From Chrysomallon squamiferum (Eukaryota > Animalia > Mollusca), in assembly GCA_012295275.1 (NCBI GenBank), contig CM022665.1, positions 22,940,001 through 23,004,000 of the forward strand: 64,000 bases of DNA. The letters run 5' to 3'. The number at the start of each line of letters is the position of its first letter. The first letter of the stretch is position 1. The translations under genes and the position numbers were made by a program. The notes below the pieces were generated by a model that worked only from the letters and a program-made list of their open reading frames with translations, made no database searches and was not told the DNA's origin. Below are positions 13,824 to 29,733 of this stretch, one piece after another.

Positions 13824-14987
13824 ATCAGATGCTTGTTCTAAACTGACCGATAATGCGCTCTGTATGCACTCATGCATACCGCGGCCAGGCGTAAGTACAA
13901 ACAGACACACACACACACATGCACACACACACATGCACACACACACACACACATGCATCCATGCATCATACATACATATATGTATACAAACACATATACA
14001 TAAACTTTTCTACCTGCCTACCTAACAACAAACATTAAATTTATGCACAGACAAATAGACAAACATACTTACAAATATAAAACACATACCCACTAGTCAA
14101 AAATATCATTTTAGTGATTCTCCTACGTTCATTGCTAGAGAAACAGAGGAAGAGAAACACGGCGATAAGGAGCGAGACACGTACATAAAGAAAAGACTCA
14201 GAGAAAGCAAGAAACGGAGAGATAAAGAAAAATGAGAGAAAGGCAGGCAGGCAGGCATGCAGACAGCAAAGACTGTAATTTTTCAAGTAAAATCGAAAAT
14301 AAATAAACGACGCCTACGTACGTCCTAATACATCAACATCTATAGGAAGAAGCCCAATACAAGACTAATAGAAAACTTCATTTCTGTCTATTCAGTGTGC
14401 TGTTGTTATATAATTAGTGCTATAGTGAGTTTTGTTAGTCAACGTTCCCACAGAATATCGTGAAGCTAAAATAATAAATAAGCATGTAGTAGTAATTATT
14501 CTGTAGTACACAGGTTGATTAATGACAACATTCATTTCAATGAAAATGTAAATGTGCAAATCTAAAAACGAACGTGATAGATAGATAGACAGATGGATTG
14601 ACGAATGGATGGAGAGAGTTAGACAGAGGTAGAATGATAGACAGAAAAAAGAAGATATATATACATGTATATTTATGTACGTATGTATGACTATGTGTAT
14701 ATGCATACATAGGATAGGTAGATAGAAAGAAAGATAGATAGACAGATGGATAGACAAACATAGACAGACAGACATATAGACAGATAAATAGATAGATAGA
14801 TAGATAGATAGATAGAGATAGATAAACAGACAGATAAACAGACTGACAGACAAATAGAGAGATAAAAACAGACACATAGATGTAAACACTTTTAAAAACG
14901 TAAGTAACAGACGCCTCGCCCAGTACCAAAATAAAACAGAACCAGCAGCGGAAAAGTGTTTCATGCTTTGTACATAAATAAAATCCA

Positions 14988-15021
<34 letters not shown>

Positions 15022-16984
15022 CAATAAAAAAAGAAAAGAAAAGAAAACCCAGCCGCAACAATCAATAATCGTTTTGGTTTGCAAAATTAATAATACATGA
15101 TGTGTACACAAACATTTGTTTACATAGATCTCGGTTATATTTACCACGTGTACAGAAAGATGTATTATCCCAAAGTATTTGAACAAAGTTGCCTTTGGAA
15201 AAAATGATGGGAAATGAGTAGATATACAAAACAGCAAGTCGCAGAGGAGCAGTGATTCACGCGCTGCAAACAAACAGTAATTTCCGAATATTTCTCCTTT
15301 GTTCCTAATTGATGGGCAAACAGAAGAGATGACAGATACGGTGTAAATTGTTTTACAATAAGTCTGTGTGGAAATATAATATCCACTACATCAGTCAATA
15401 GAGGCAATCATCAAAATCGATATCGTTAGTTGTTTCATTATCTTCCTCTTCTTCTTTTATATACATATATATAAGTATATATATTTTTTAAACCGGGATT
15501 TCTATCTCAGTTATTTTATTATTATTTTATTTTATTTGTTTTTCAAAAGTTGAATAAAAAAAATTGCAAAATGTCAGATCCTGTTGGTGTTTCTAATTCC
15601 CTGGAGGCATTGGCATTTTAAATTTTATTTTCTCGCTGTTTTTCCAAGTAACATCATCAACAAACTCACCGAGGCAAAACACCCACTCTTTTATTCTTGC
15701 AGTGTGTAGCTAAAGCAATGCGTGTTAGCTGATGCATATGTTCAATGGTAATTAATGTGTACATTAGTGTTAAAAATAGAGCAGTTCGTGTTAAATTCAA
15801 TTTTCTTAATATAATATTTATCTATGTATTTTTTGTATGTAACATGATGATATTTACGTGAAAATGAGGATACTGCTATTCTATATAATTTTATAATACA
15901 CCTTTCTATAGGTAGCAAAGGATATATTATTACGGATTCTGATAAACCAATGAATGGATATTGATTGGAACGAGAAATACCCCCAGTAGATTTTACTGAC
16001 GCAAACTGATAATGTTAACCTCACATTAGCTTGAATAACTTACATTTTAAATGTTTTTGTTATCTATAACCCCATTACTCTCTCTTTTAAATAATATCCA
16101 TTATATGCCTGTTACTGTTATTTGTGGTTATGTAAAACAGATATTCTTTTAAAATTCTCATTAATTTTATGGACTTTAATTGTCACAGTCCAGTAACTAC
16201 TCATCTGTTATTTAATGCTTGAAAAGACAGAAGAAACTGTATTAGCACTGTGAAAGAAAAGAGAGAGAAAAGAGAGAAAAAAAGTATTGGAATGATTTCA
16301 TTTGTTTGAATCTGGCTTATGTTTCCATATACAACCCATTGACATTCTTATTGTTAGTGATAACATAACCGCGAGAGGACTTCGTCTTTACCCACACTAA
16401 TGAAGTACATTTGGTATTCATCGTCCTGACTTTCTTATTATTACTGACAATATACTCACATCAGATGGACGTCGTCGATACCAATACTAATGGAACTATA
16501 TTTAATAATCAAAAGGCCGATACTGTGCCATCCGAGATAAATAATAATGCACTAAATCGGCCAGTGTAACTGGCTCACTTAACCCGAAATTGGCTACAAA
16601 GTCTTCATATTTTACTGCCGACACCGTCTATGGACTGGAAGGAATCAGAGTAAACACTTTGAGGAGCTGATTGTGAGACACGGTGAACCGATTTGCACGT
16701 TTAACTGCATCTGAGGGAGAGAGTGGCAATTAGATTCATGCGTCATTCGGTTGGTGTCGAGTCATAGAATTAGAATGAAAGTTTGAGAACACCGTGGCTG
16801 TTATAAAAAGGAAAGGTGGTTGACACTGGCTGGGTTAGGACGATTTTAACGGGCTGGTCTGTGCAAGTGTTGAGACAAATTAAGAGATGGTTTAGAGAGA
16901 AAGAGTGAAAGAGCGAGAGGAAAAACACCCAGTCAGAGATAGAAGGAAATACTGAGGTGGATGCACAGATAGATAGAGACAGAG

Positions 16985-17109
<125 letters not shown>

Positions 17110-20100
17110 GAGAGAAAGAGGCAGAGGTCAAAGTGATAGTAAAAATGATAATAAAAATGATTACTTCTTGATGGTGACAACAGAGGTAATGATGATGATT
17201 TTATTGATGATGCTGATACTATCACTTCTATTTCTACCACTACTATTACTACTATTAATAATGATGATGATGACGTTCATGACAGGAAAAAAGAGTCGGC
17301 ATAATAATTCTGAAAATATACTGAAAAAAAAAAATACTGATAATCTTGATAAATAAATCCCAAATAAAAAATATGTGACTCCAGTCAACCCTTGATATCG
17401 CCTTTCCAACTTTTCTTGACCTTTGAAAATGTCTAATGGAAAGTCATCCAACTCGTCTAGACTAGCATGTAGTCTTCTTCACGCTGGGAAATCATTTAGT
17501 AAGATTTTAAATACAGTCCCCAAGAAATTGGTTAAAAGAAACGTCGCGCCGTGGCTGACTTGAAGGATTTTTTTTCTTTTAATTTTTTTTTTTTTTGTAT
17601 CTGTTTGATTTCTCTTATCAGTATTAAATGATACATGTAACTTCGGCATTCCGAACAAAATTAAATTATAAATGCAGATCCAATAATAATACAAAAAATA
17701 CAACGTGTATGTTGAATTTTCCGTTTATTTGTCATAATTTTAAAATACTCAGTCTTCACCATTCTGAAATAAAAGTGATCAGTACAGCTGAAATTTACAT
17801 TTTATTCTGTTCAAGATGAACAGAAATATAAAATATTTATAGATAAATTAGAGGAGAGAACTAACAATTCTATAGACCTTCGATAATTAATATTGATCAT
17901 GTCTGTAAAAGATCTCTTTAGTAAAACTGAAAACTATCTGATTAGTAAAGAAACACACTTTAACAAAACGAATAAATTGCGCCACAATGTTGGTGTATTT
18001 TACATTCATGAGCCTTCATCGCAACGTCTTTACCTCTTTACTACAGCTATATCCCTCTTATAGCCAAAACAGTTTTTCTTCTATCTTGAAATAATGATTC
18101 CAAATGAATCATTTTAACACCAAAGCTCAATTGGCCTGATGCGGGAAGGAGAAGAAAAAGAAAAGAAAAGAAAAAAATGACTGTCTAAAAATCGATTAAA
18201 TTGTGGCACGTTTTAGCAGAAGCCAGCAATCATCAAATGGAGTTATCACACCTCTGTTCAGATCATTTGTGCTATTTGTTTTCTTTTTCTCTTGTGCTTT
18301 CTTCAATAATAAAAAAAAAAAAAAAAACATTTCTGACATCTTTTCGGGGTAATTTGGTGGCTTTTTAAATTTAATTTTTACTTTTTTTTTTTAGCATCAA
18401 ATTTCTTTGAGCACCGTTTATATATGAAGTGCAATTTTAGTATATATTTCTTACATCAGTATTATTTTATACATTAATCACAATCCATCATCACCACTTT
18501 ACCACTATCAGAATCATTATACACTGCAATCATTATCATTATGATGAACGTCAGCAGCATCATCTTAATAATCACCACTGCTGTCTGTATCATCATTACC
18601 GTTATATTCACAATCATCATCATTATCATGACTAACATAATCATTGTCTTCATCATTACACATTTATGTTACCAGAATTATTTTCTAGTCCCAACTCGCA
18701 GCAACATTTTAATGTTATTAAATAAATAATTGAACAATATGACATAAAGACGTCCCCATAAAAAACTTCTAAATAGGTGACTAGAGAAATGAAACAAACT
18801 TTCACCTTTATATTCGTGTATGATTATTATTCTTGACAACTTTAATAATTAAGAAATGAAGCGTCAAAATGAATTAATACCAGTGATGCGGAAATTTCGG
18901 ATGAAACTGGTAATGTTTCCGTTCATAAATTCTTAAACGTATGGGAATTCGTTGCATCATAAAAAATAAAATTTAAAGATCCCCAAAACTGGAGGAAATC
19001 AAATGGCAAATTATGCCTGTGAAATAATGCTGAATTATCGGAACTGGGAATTTAGTCAGACCAAATTACAGAGCAAGATTGATGCTAAATTATAATTAAA
19101 ATTTCAGCATTCTGGATTGTTCACGTTATAAAGTATAATTTAAAAAATGCACATCGACTGTTACTATTGATTATTTTCTCAAGTAAATTGAAACGAATTT
19201 TGATAAATGCGTTTTTAATTAAACTCTACAATTTAATGGAATTCCGTCCAATTTTTATTTTCATTTATATATCGACCAGAGACGATTTAAAACGAGAAAC
19301 GATTGTTTGCTGGCCATGTCCGTGATGACCCTTTTTTTGGTGTTTATATAATATTTGCTTTTTGGACAGACTTTCTGAGGAATCTGAAAATAAATGGTTA
19401 TATATTGATATTATATACCACAGTTTGAAAATTTTATGGAATATTGGTTCCCTGTCTGCATCGATTTTATGTCATTTACGATTTTACATTTATTTGAAGA
19501 TGTTTGGTGAATCACCTCGCTGTATTAATTTGCTGCCCTTTTCATCTAACACGAGTTTTCAATCGTATATTGCATTTAAAATTATTTTCACAGACAAATT
19601 GAAAATATTGAATCATAAAAATAATATTTCTGTTTAAATTTCTATAATAACAACAACAAAAACCTCCATATATTCATCCGCCCATACTTCCGTCGACCAT
19701 TTCTTTATGTCATTCATCACCAATCAAAATCCATACACATATCCATTAACAAGTCCATGCACAAACATACCTTTTTGAGTTTAACCACTGAATCTGTCCG
19801 TTCCAGTCGATTCATATCATTTGATTGCTCAGTGATTTTCTTTTCTATCGCTTAGTGATCTTGAATGAAATTATGAGCTCTAAAAGAACATAACTTTTTT
19901 CCTTTCACATATTTAATAATGTGAATAATTTTCCTTTATCGTACGCTTTTCTCTACTCGAAAGATAATATCGTTAGTCAAAAGAGACACTGAATCTAAAA
20001 CTAATAAACTGACATAGTGAAGCAATGCGTTTTGACTGCACAACATAGTCAGTTTAAAAATAAAGAAAAAAGTCTACAAAATTGAATCCAAACACGACAA

Positions 20101-23100
20101 AGGCATGAATAGTCAATGCAGCGGCTTTCTGCCTTCCCTCAAGTATTTCATTAGTCTTTGACGGGCGGTCATCAGTGATTTCTGGGTTAGCTTCAAAACC
20201 GAATTACAGAGTCGGTCAGTAAACTATTTTCGCGCTAATTGTTTACATGTATGGCTTCTTGGTGTTTCAACTTTTTGCAATTATCGTCCATTAGCGAGAA
20301 GAAATATTTCCCACAAACGAGATTTACTTTCTGATAACAATGAATAAGATCACATGAAAGTCATTGGGCTACTGATTCGATAACAGACTCACAACCCAAA
20401 CCTCGTAGCTGCTTGCCTTGGATGTTGGTTTCACAAGCATTTCTGATGGTTGCACAATACCAGATCTGGTTGTTTTGATCATTTTCAAACAAAATTACAG
20501 ACTGATAAGAAAAGAAAATATTGTGTCTGGTAGATAGAATTCTTTTCTCAGTAAATAAAAAGATAAAACTCAGCGCCTTTTAATATTAACGGCTGTATAT
20601 TAATAAACATTTGGTTACTGAGTAACGAAGATACGAAAAAGAAAAGCGACTACCGACAGATATCTTTTTATAATTATTATTAAAAAGCAGATAGAGCAAA
20701 CTGATTTTTATATGCCTGTTGATTTATTTCGAGATCTGTCATGGTAATTGTACAGTATGTGCATTTATAACGGTTAGAATTCTATTTGCCGCACGTATCA
20801 ATACATAGGATTATTGCATCTGTGTATTGTTGATAATGCAGGATTGACTTGGCTGCAGTGACGCTGTGTATAATTTTTGAACATTACTGTCCAGGATAAA
20901 CTAGCAGTGTATTTTTGTAATTTAGTAAAAGTCCAATACTTCTAATAATCTTCTATTACGGTGATTTAATAATGTTATCGGGAAATAATCAGTGTCATTT
21001 TGTCGCTTATGCTAGAGACGGATCTTTAAAATTTAGAAGATATAAATATATTTAATTGCACGGAAATTAAATTCACATGTTTGGTTGAGTATATCGATTC
21101 AAGATCGATGCCAATGAAAAGTTACTTTAGATCACAGCCATAACGAATGCATAATTAATATATGCATCCATGTATTCATACGTCCACACATCGGCCCATT
21201 CAACCATCAATCCATCCAGCCATCCGCAATAACACAAGCGAAAAAGGTTGTTGGTTTCTGGTTCAGAAAAGCCTGAAAAAAAAAAGAGTCCATATCAAAA
21301 TGTTTCAGGTTTAAATTGATAAAAGTGCAGAAAATAAATTAAATCGTCTACAGAGTAATCTGTGTTTACTTGTTATACGTGACGAATATTATCTGAACAA
21401 ACACTTCTACTCGCCACGCCTTTACGCAATGCTGACTTGTTAGATTAGCTACATGAAGAATAAATGATCTTGATGTAACTGAAAGTTCAGTGCGACTTTC
21501 TATAGAATTTGAAGACTCGAATAAACTTAACTAAATGCAAAGTGACACTGATTTTAAAAATAAAACCGTCTTGTTATTTTATTAGTGCATTTAGTGTTTC
21601 AATTGTCTTCAAGCCAGCTTCCAACTAGGTTAAGGACTCCGATAAAAATAAAACAATTATGTCTGTCTTAATCGTGTAAATTTAATGCAATACAGAACAA
21701 GAATTTTTTTTAGTGTGGACCTACATTTTTTGTGGCCATCAAGCTTGAACTATTATAAGGGCCCTTTCGCAACGAATTTTGGATAATCGTTGTTATCTTT
21801 TTCAGTGGGGTTGCTTCTTAACAATTCACTTTAATTTTTTTAATTATAAATTTAACTGCGACACTACAGATTTCGATTAAAATTGAAGTACTGGATTATC
21901 TTATATGTCAATGCCATTTGTGTGAATAAAAATGTCCTTTGCCTTAAACAATGCGAACTAAAATCGCTTCAGCGGCCCCTTCGGGATTAGTAGGTCATAA
22001 AGCTTAAGCTTCAGTAGTTTTATAGTAAACCCGCCCTTGCATTTGAGAGCTTATTACCGTTTAGATGCTGCGGTTGAATCACCAGTCTGATAGTTACTTG
22101 GATTCCATCTGCTATTATAACTGATTTAGAATGTCTCTAAACCCTCTAATTTCTTTGATTAACCTTGTAACTAATTTACTGTAAAAATATTGAATTCTAT
22201 GATTACATGATATAAATCAGTAAGATACATGCTTCAAAACAGGTAATTTGTAGCTAAAATCTTAAATCAAAAGATGTTAAGACAAATACTCCATCAGTAC
22301 TTTATAAGTCGAAAAAACTCCATACGTTTAAAGTAACCATGTCCAGCTCACTTATTCAGACACGTGTTTGTTGGGCTATGTGTCTGAAATTTTCAGCTAC
22401 AGTGTCCATTACGGAGGGAGATGATAGCTTGATACGCAATTCACATTAAACGTATTCCAAGTCTTTATCACCCGTGAGAATTAATTTCGTTTATGGCAAC
22501 CTGCTGATGTCTACTGCATTACGTTATTTTACAGTTTTCCCGAAATCTTTGAAGAAGATTGAGTCTTTGGCTGCAATATACGAGGTATTTATTGCCGCGC
22601 AATTGCTCCCAGACAGGAAAATCACCGCCTCTTTATGACTTAACGGCTCAAATAAGTAGTCTTTGGTGGCTGGCGCAATCTCAGCCCGGGTTGAATAAGA
22701 GTTTGCCGTTATGTGTTGTCAGATCTGTTTCAGAATATTTACTGAATGCCTTTAGCATGAAAGAGTTTTCTTGTGGTGTCCTGTTATTAAAAACATTAAG
22801 TGTAATGCATCGCCTCAGCGATATCTCATAACAAAGAATATCATTGATGATGGATGCATGATAATTATAATCTCGAGAACTTTTTATGAAAGGCATTTAA
22901 TGTAACATCCGTCTATCAATACATTAAAAAACTATTACAGATTGTTTTTCCTTTTGTTGCTTGTGTGTTTTCACCTAAAATAACCATGTAATATTGATAA
23001 ACTGTTCCTGTTTTTCTTTCTATCTCTTTTTTTTTTTAATGGAACATTAATTTCCGGTTGTTGTTTTTTTCTCCCTTGAAATATGTTCTATATTTCTAAA

Positions 23101-23456
23101 AGCAGGAAAAGTATCGACAGATATTATCTGCATTATAAATGAATTAAAAATCTGTTCATAATGTAATGAATTAGGCATATTATATCAAAACCATTGTCCA
23201 TTGTCATTCGGTTATGAAAACTGAGATGTCCCTTGATCATGACTGTTAAGCCAGTATCGATCATTTACTTACATTTATCACAGTTTTGCTAGGTGACAGG
23301 ATAAGGCATACATCGGATAATGACTAACTCTGTAAGTCACGGTCACCAATCCATCATGATATGTCTTTATTAGTGTAAATTACGATTGTTCATCTCATTA
23401 AGAAAAGGTTAAACAATGGATTTCTTGGTGGTTGGCATTTATGATAGAGCGTGGAA

Positions 23457-23458
<2 letters not shown>

Positions 23459-23546
<88 letters not shown>
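23459..23546. repeat. (GA)n microsatellite
   Basis: Read directly. Confidence 0.95.
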
Positions 23547-23549
<3 letters not shown>

Positions 23550-23599
23550 ATTATTTTCTATTTGTATAATGATACCTCGGCTGATTCCGTTGTTGAATT

Positions 23600-23806
23600 T
23601 ACGTTGTACAGTGATAATATGAGAGTCAGAACCCGCTGCCTCCATTTCAGTGTCTAACCTTTCATTATGTGACAAGGGATATTTTTCTGTAACCTTTCAT
23701 TATGTTAATAAACTATTCGTGGGACTAGTTGGAATGGGAAATAGCTCAGTGATAATAAAACCTATAAAAACTCACGTCTCTGTTCTAATCACTGAATTGT
23801 AGCCCG
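23600..23806 (-). mobile_element. Decayed SINE-like copy with a tRNA-like head on the minus strand
   Basis: The minus strand at 23805-23783 reads CGGGCTACAATTCAGTGATTAGA, similar to CGGGCTTGTAGCTCAGTGACTAGA at 54233-54256 (tRNA A-box-like). Body motifs are shared with 9690-9850, 15900-16000, 40390-40490 and 63640-63760. Confidence 0.45.
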
Positions 23807-23886
23807 TTTCATACACGCTGAGTGAACGTGACACAGAAATATAGAAATAACAACAATAACAACAACAGTTTTTGCAGCAAACAGCA

Positions 23887-23936
<50 letters not shown>

Positions 23937-24822
23937 TAAAATAAATAAATAAATAATCAAATGTTTCGGATTTTAAAGTGTCACTGCACTGTGACATTAA
24001 ATTTGGTATTTATATTTACAGATATCATTCTCAGATCTCGAGCAAGTGTTAAAAAGTAAGATAATAAAAACAATACGTAGTAGAATTAATGCGTAGGTAA
24101 TGTATCATAAAATATATTTACCTTTCATTCCAGACAAGGAAACTGACGGGCAATAAACCATTATGCTTTGATATATAACATCCTCAAGCTGAATAAAAGT
24201 GCTGACACAAAGATAACAAAACGTCGGCATTCGGTTTCCAAATCATATGTTTAGTTCCGTCTGGTTCAAATACAAAGTTACAACCTCTAAAGTCAAAACA
24301 TTATTATTTGAGTTTTAAACAAGCAATCCATTGCGGCGGGTGCCCTGTCATTTCCTATCCGTCAAGATAATTTGGCTTTAATATCTCGTTTTCAGTGGAA
24401 ATAGCTAGTCGAAAAGCATTGAGAGTTGACGGTAATTGACTGTAATACATCCAGTTTCTTATCGGAATCAAACTGAAATGTTACATACGCTTTCTTACGA
24501 CTTATCTACTCCAGATATTTGTTTCAATGATAACCTAGTTTCATTCAGGCTCGGTTCCAGTGTTAGTGAAATAAAGGCAGAGTGGTGGCTTTGAAGTAAT
24601 GGACAGATTTTATTCTTAATATTATTTATATTTTATGACTTGAGTTGACAGTCGAGTATACATAGGTATGTCATCCATACATACATATATAATTATATGC
24701 AAATTTGTCGGTCTTCCTTACTGACTACCTGTTTGACGGTTTCTCTGCTTAAATAACTACTTGTATGGACCTGCATGTATATCAGCAATTATGTTTGCTT
24801 GTGCATACGTGATTATGTCTGC

Positions 24823-24861
<39 letters not shown>

Positions 24862-26683
24862 AAGATACTGATGAATCTCACAGATACTTAAAATTATTTC
24901 TACATATGGTGAGGGTTAAATATAAACATTCTAACGCCTTCTGCTCAGACGTTTCTGGAACCGCCCTACAGATTCAGTTTCTTCTTATTAGATGCAAACA
25001 CAATAAAGGTTTTTCTGACATGCGACAGTTGACCTATAGACCTCCATTAAGGCTACCAGAAGCCCATAGTGAGCGAGACACATCACCTGGAATTATAGTG
25101 ACTAGATTTTCCCAACAAAGAAGTCCGGATTCACATAGGAGCAAATTAAACTCCCATTTAATCCCTTCCATTGACTACATTCGCTGTGTCCCGGAAGCGT
25201 CTCTTCGTTAAACAAGCTACAAGGCAGGACAATGATCTGTCCACTTTGACGGACAGTAAAGAGTGGAAGGGCAATGGACAGGGCAAGGACAACAACAGGA
25301 GGAAACAACACAGGACTGACTCCATTGTCCAACTGTATTAAATTTTCTAGATATAGCAGCCACTGACAACAATAACTGTATAGGATCTAGTTATTTTCTG
25401 TCTGAAGGATTGTAACCTTTACACAAGCCCCTACCGTTACTATTCTGGGTCCACGCTATAAATCCTCCAAAACCTTTTTTTTTTTTTTTATCCTTTAATT
25501 AAATACTGAATTAATTGGGTTTTTTGTTGTTTAACATATATGTTCATTTTGTTTTATAAAAACGTTTTAGTCTTTCTTTTAAGAAGACGTAATTTATATA
25601 CATATAATGATATTCCTAAATACAAATTCACGAAAACATTCACACGTATACGGACATTGAACTGTCGATACTTAGTAAAACAGTTCTAATAATCCGAGAA
25701 ATCTAAATTTTAGTTAATTTTAGATAATTTTAAATAATTTTTACTCTTTGACACCGATTTTTAATTCATATTTTTAATTTCTGAATTATCTTTCAAACAA
25801 ATTTATAATTAATGTTAATAATTTTTAAACTGTCATTAGTTAAAATAAATATGATAATAAAATATTAACTTTGATATTACATTTACCAAATATCTATCTA
25901 TTACCAAATAAACTTAATTTTTTTTCTAAAATATTTGCACTTGAAATCTCTTCTAAAAAATGATCGTGTTTATCTTGAGTACTCTTTTCCCCTTCTTCTC
26001 GCTTTTCAGCAAACTTAAACCCGTGTGGCCCAGGTGCATCCGTTAACACAATGTTTACTTTACACGAACTGGAACTTGCCACTACCGTCCTTAAATCATT
26101 TCCTAAGAGGGAGACCGTTTTTTGTTTTGTTTTCGTTTTTCGTTTTTCAAGTAACGTACTATATCCCGCGGCGCCCGAGGCAACGGGGATTCGAGCTGTG
26201 AAGAGTATCGAGTCTGTTGATGTTCGACAATAGATTAATCCTGTTATTGGCTCTCAGTGTGTCTGTCATTGTTCTCATGCTGTGACAGTTTCGACATTTT
26301 CCCCATCAAATTTTCCCCAAGTACCACCACTGGAATGGTGGTGGCGAGAAGCTGATTTGATATAACAAAAACTCTATCACTTTAGCTTGTGGCCTTTTGA
26401 GGTGGGGAGAGCTGTGGTCAGAAAGAAAATAATTTCTTTTATTGTGTCTCATCTCCGATGGCGTTAATATGCTTGGGAAGTGTGTAAATATGGCGGTGAT
26501 GTTGTTGTTTGTTTGGGGAAAATATTTGTTAACTAATTGATGGGAAGTATAATAACTTGATTAATAAAATAAGATCGAGAGCTAATTTAGTCAATATAAC
26601 AGATGCTATTCTTTTGATAAACTGTCTTTCATTTAGATTTTTTTTATATCTAGCTGCGACAGAATCTAAGGAATATGTGCGTT

Positions 26684-26768
<85 letters not shown>

Positions 26769-26801
26769 TTACGCTTATTGTTGTTATTATTATAATTATT
26801 T

Positions 26802-26835
<34 letters not shown>

Positions 26836-29676
26836 TACACACGCATACACACACGCACACATGTATCTCAGTTACTGAAGTGGAATAAATTATTGTAGTG
26901 TTATCTAGCGCCATTTTATTTCCTATGTTACTTTTATCTACTTTTAATTTGCTATCAAAGTTCTTAATTGACACAACGTGACTGTCATTATCAGAGTGGA
27001 AAAAACATAACTGTAGTGACTTACCTCGTAACATTCTCATTATTTAACAGTTCCTGCTACACACGGAGTAAACCATGAAACACGCACATATATAATCCTC
27101 TTCATTGCCCACACAAATCATCTTTCTTAAAACGTAATCGTGTTCTGTAGCAAAAGCGCTTGTTGTTCACACTTCTGGAACCAAATTTATTTTATTTCCA
27201 TGGAAACCTACGAACGCCAGAGATAGCAAAACACATTGGTTCTGATTTGTATTTAAAGACCATTTTCCCGTTGCTGTCAATCCAAGCCGATGCTCGTGTT
27301 TTCAAAAATCCTTTTTGAATGATCGGCTGGCTTAATGTACACAGATATCTTCAACATTTCATCTCCACTGTCATGCTTCAATGAACTGAAGGCGCTCTGG
27401 GTATTGTTTTCAACACGTGACGGCGCTTCCTGCTTGGCTAGGAGGAAAATAACTGAAGCAAAAGTCAGAACCAATTATCGAAAGTCATCTGGCCGTCACT
27501 GCTTTATTAGGGCAGTTCCAGAGTTGATCATAAGAGAGGCGGTAGATGATGAGGTGATGGTCACTGCCACGTAAAACCAATCAAGGAATCGATGTAAACA
27601 ATTTTTTATTTGTTTCCATTAATATCTGCAAAAGCCGATTTAACGTAGCATGAGCAACTATGTTCTTACCCTTGACCACATTAAGCTAACTCGTTTGGGA
27701 TAAACATCCAATATTTCTTGATTGAACTGTATGATTAGGAACCATTAAACAAACATTCATTTTCTTTACATACATATTATACCATTGCCAAGCAAAAGCC
27801 TTCATTCATACGGTATCTGGAATTATCTTTAACTAATGTATCAGATTATTACGCTTGGCAGAAGCTAGCTCCGAATGAGACCATTTTCTTTGGAAACCTT
27901 TAAAAGCACTTCCCCCCCCCCCCAGACATAACCAGTAAACACATCGCTGAAACATTCGCCTTTTCACTTTCGAACACTCGTCTTTCATTTGTGTCTTTGC
28001 TTTACAGTGAGGCGCAGAGGAAGGAAATATTTGGGAAATTTATTGGACACGTCCATGGTGTAGAAAGAAAAAGAAGAGAGAAGCACCTGGTGTATTCCCA
28101 TGAACAATATCCTATTGCAGGAGGCTGAAAACTGCAAATTTATTTCTTCCTTTCTTCACGTCCGTTTAACATTACTTTTTTTTTCTTTCGACTTTCTATC
28201 TGCTAACGGGAAGTGCCTCTGAATTCCTGGTCTCTCGAGTGACAGAAAATCATAAACCATTAGACAGTGATTTAAAGAAACTGAGTTTTTCTGACAACGT
28301 TGACGTTAGTGTGTAATATGCTGAAGTTGTCTTTCCTGTACATTAATTTATTTGAATGTATAATTTTACATATGAATGTGTGAATGTACATACATAATGT
28401 ATTATTTATGTATTTGTATGTGCATGTATGTGTGAATTTGTATATGTACGTAAGCATCTACGCATATATATTGAAGCACGTATATATTTATATATATATT
28501 TATGTTGCGTGCGTGTTTTTTTGTCCAGAAAGTTAAAATCATTTCGAATTATCAGTGGAACTAATTAGAAAGTATACTTTTAAAAGCTATCCGATAGTGT
28601 AAAATAACAAATAAACAAACCAAAGTTACGAATAAAATTATTAAGGTAAATATCGAAGATAAACAATAAATTAAGCAATTTCACTAATTTCTTAATCTCT
28701 GCTACTTTATCTTTAACTGTACAACCAGCACAACAAGACAGCAGCTCTAAACCAACAACAGTTAAAAACTTACGTCCACGACAATCTTTATTTCTATTAA
28801 CTTGGCTAGTTAAAAAGAAACGTATGTTCTCGAACCATTAGTAACATAAACTGAAAAGCTTCTAATACCGCTACAAACAATAATCAGCACTAAAGACGGC
28901 AATTACAAACTCAAGAGATAAAATCACCAGACTCATTTCGGGTACGGCCAGGATTTGAGAACGCTTTAGAAGTAATCTTAAATGTTGATTTGAACTTTAA
29001 CTTCTTAGGTTCACAGATGACCACGCATCCAGCTATGCCGTTAAATGCGTAAACCTGTTATCAAGTATTGAAGTCTCTCTTCTCTCGCCTTTCACCTCCG
29101 CAGTCTTTGCATCTTTTGAACTCGCAGTCGTGGGCACTGCATCCCCTTGAAGTCCGTAATTGCATTATCGACATGCAAGCCAAGCTAATCAAGCTTGAGA
29201 TTCTGGAGCAAAGAGGTCTGCGACCGGACATGTTTTAATTTTTAAAATATTTCACTGGAGTAAACTTACTAATGAGAAGTTCTTGAACGAAAATTAGATT
29301 TATTATTTTTATATATTTCTTTCACTTTTCTTTTATTATTACATTAAACAATGTTGCATATTACAGTGGAAAAAATAAATAATAATTAAGAAAAAAAGAG
29401 GATAAAAACAAAACAAAACCGTAATCATCTATAAGGCATAACTGTGGATGGATACCATAATAGAAATGAAGCAACAAACATATAAATGTGTAGTACATTC
29501 TTATTAATGTATATCGATTCTTTCAAAAATATTAATTGTTCAATGTTAATTGTTCAATGTTTTAAGATTAATTTTAATATTGCTGCTTGTTAATCAATTA
29601 TTTAATTTGATACTGTATATACATACTACTACTGCTACTACCATTACTACTGTTACTACTGTTATTACTACTACTT

Positions 29677-29733
<57 letters not shown>

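Noticed and set aside
14392-15273. Longest ORF in the track (293 aa, minus strand)
   Set aside because: It is built from (GATA/GACA)n, poly-A and (AT)n tracts and is low complexity with no domain.
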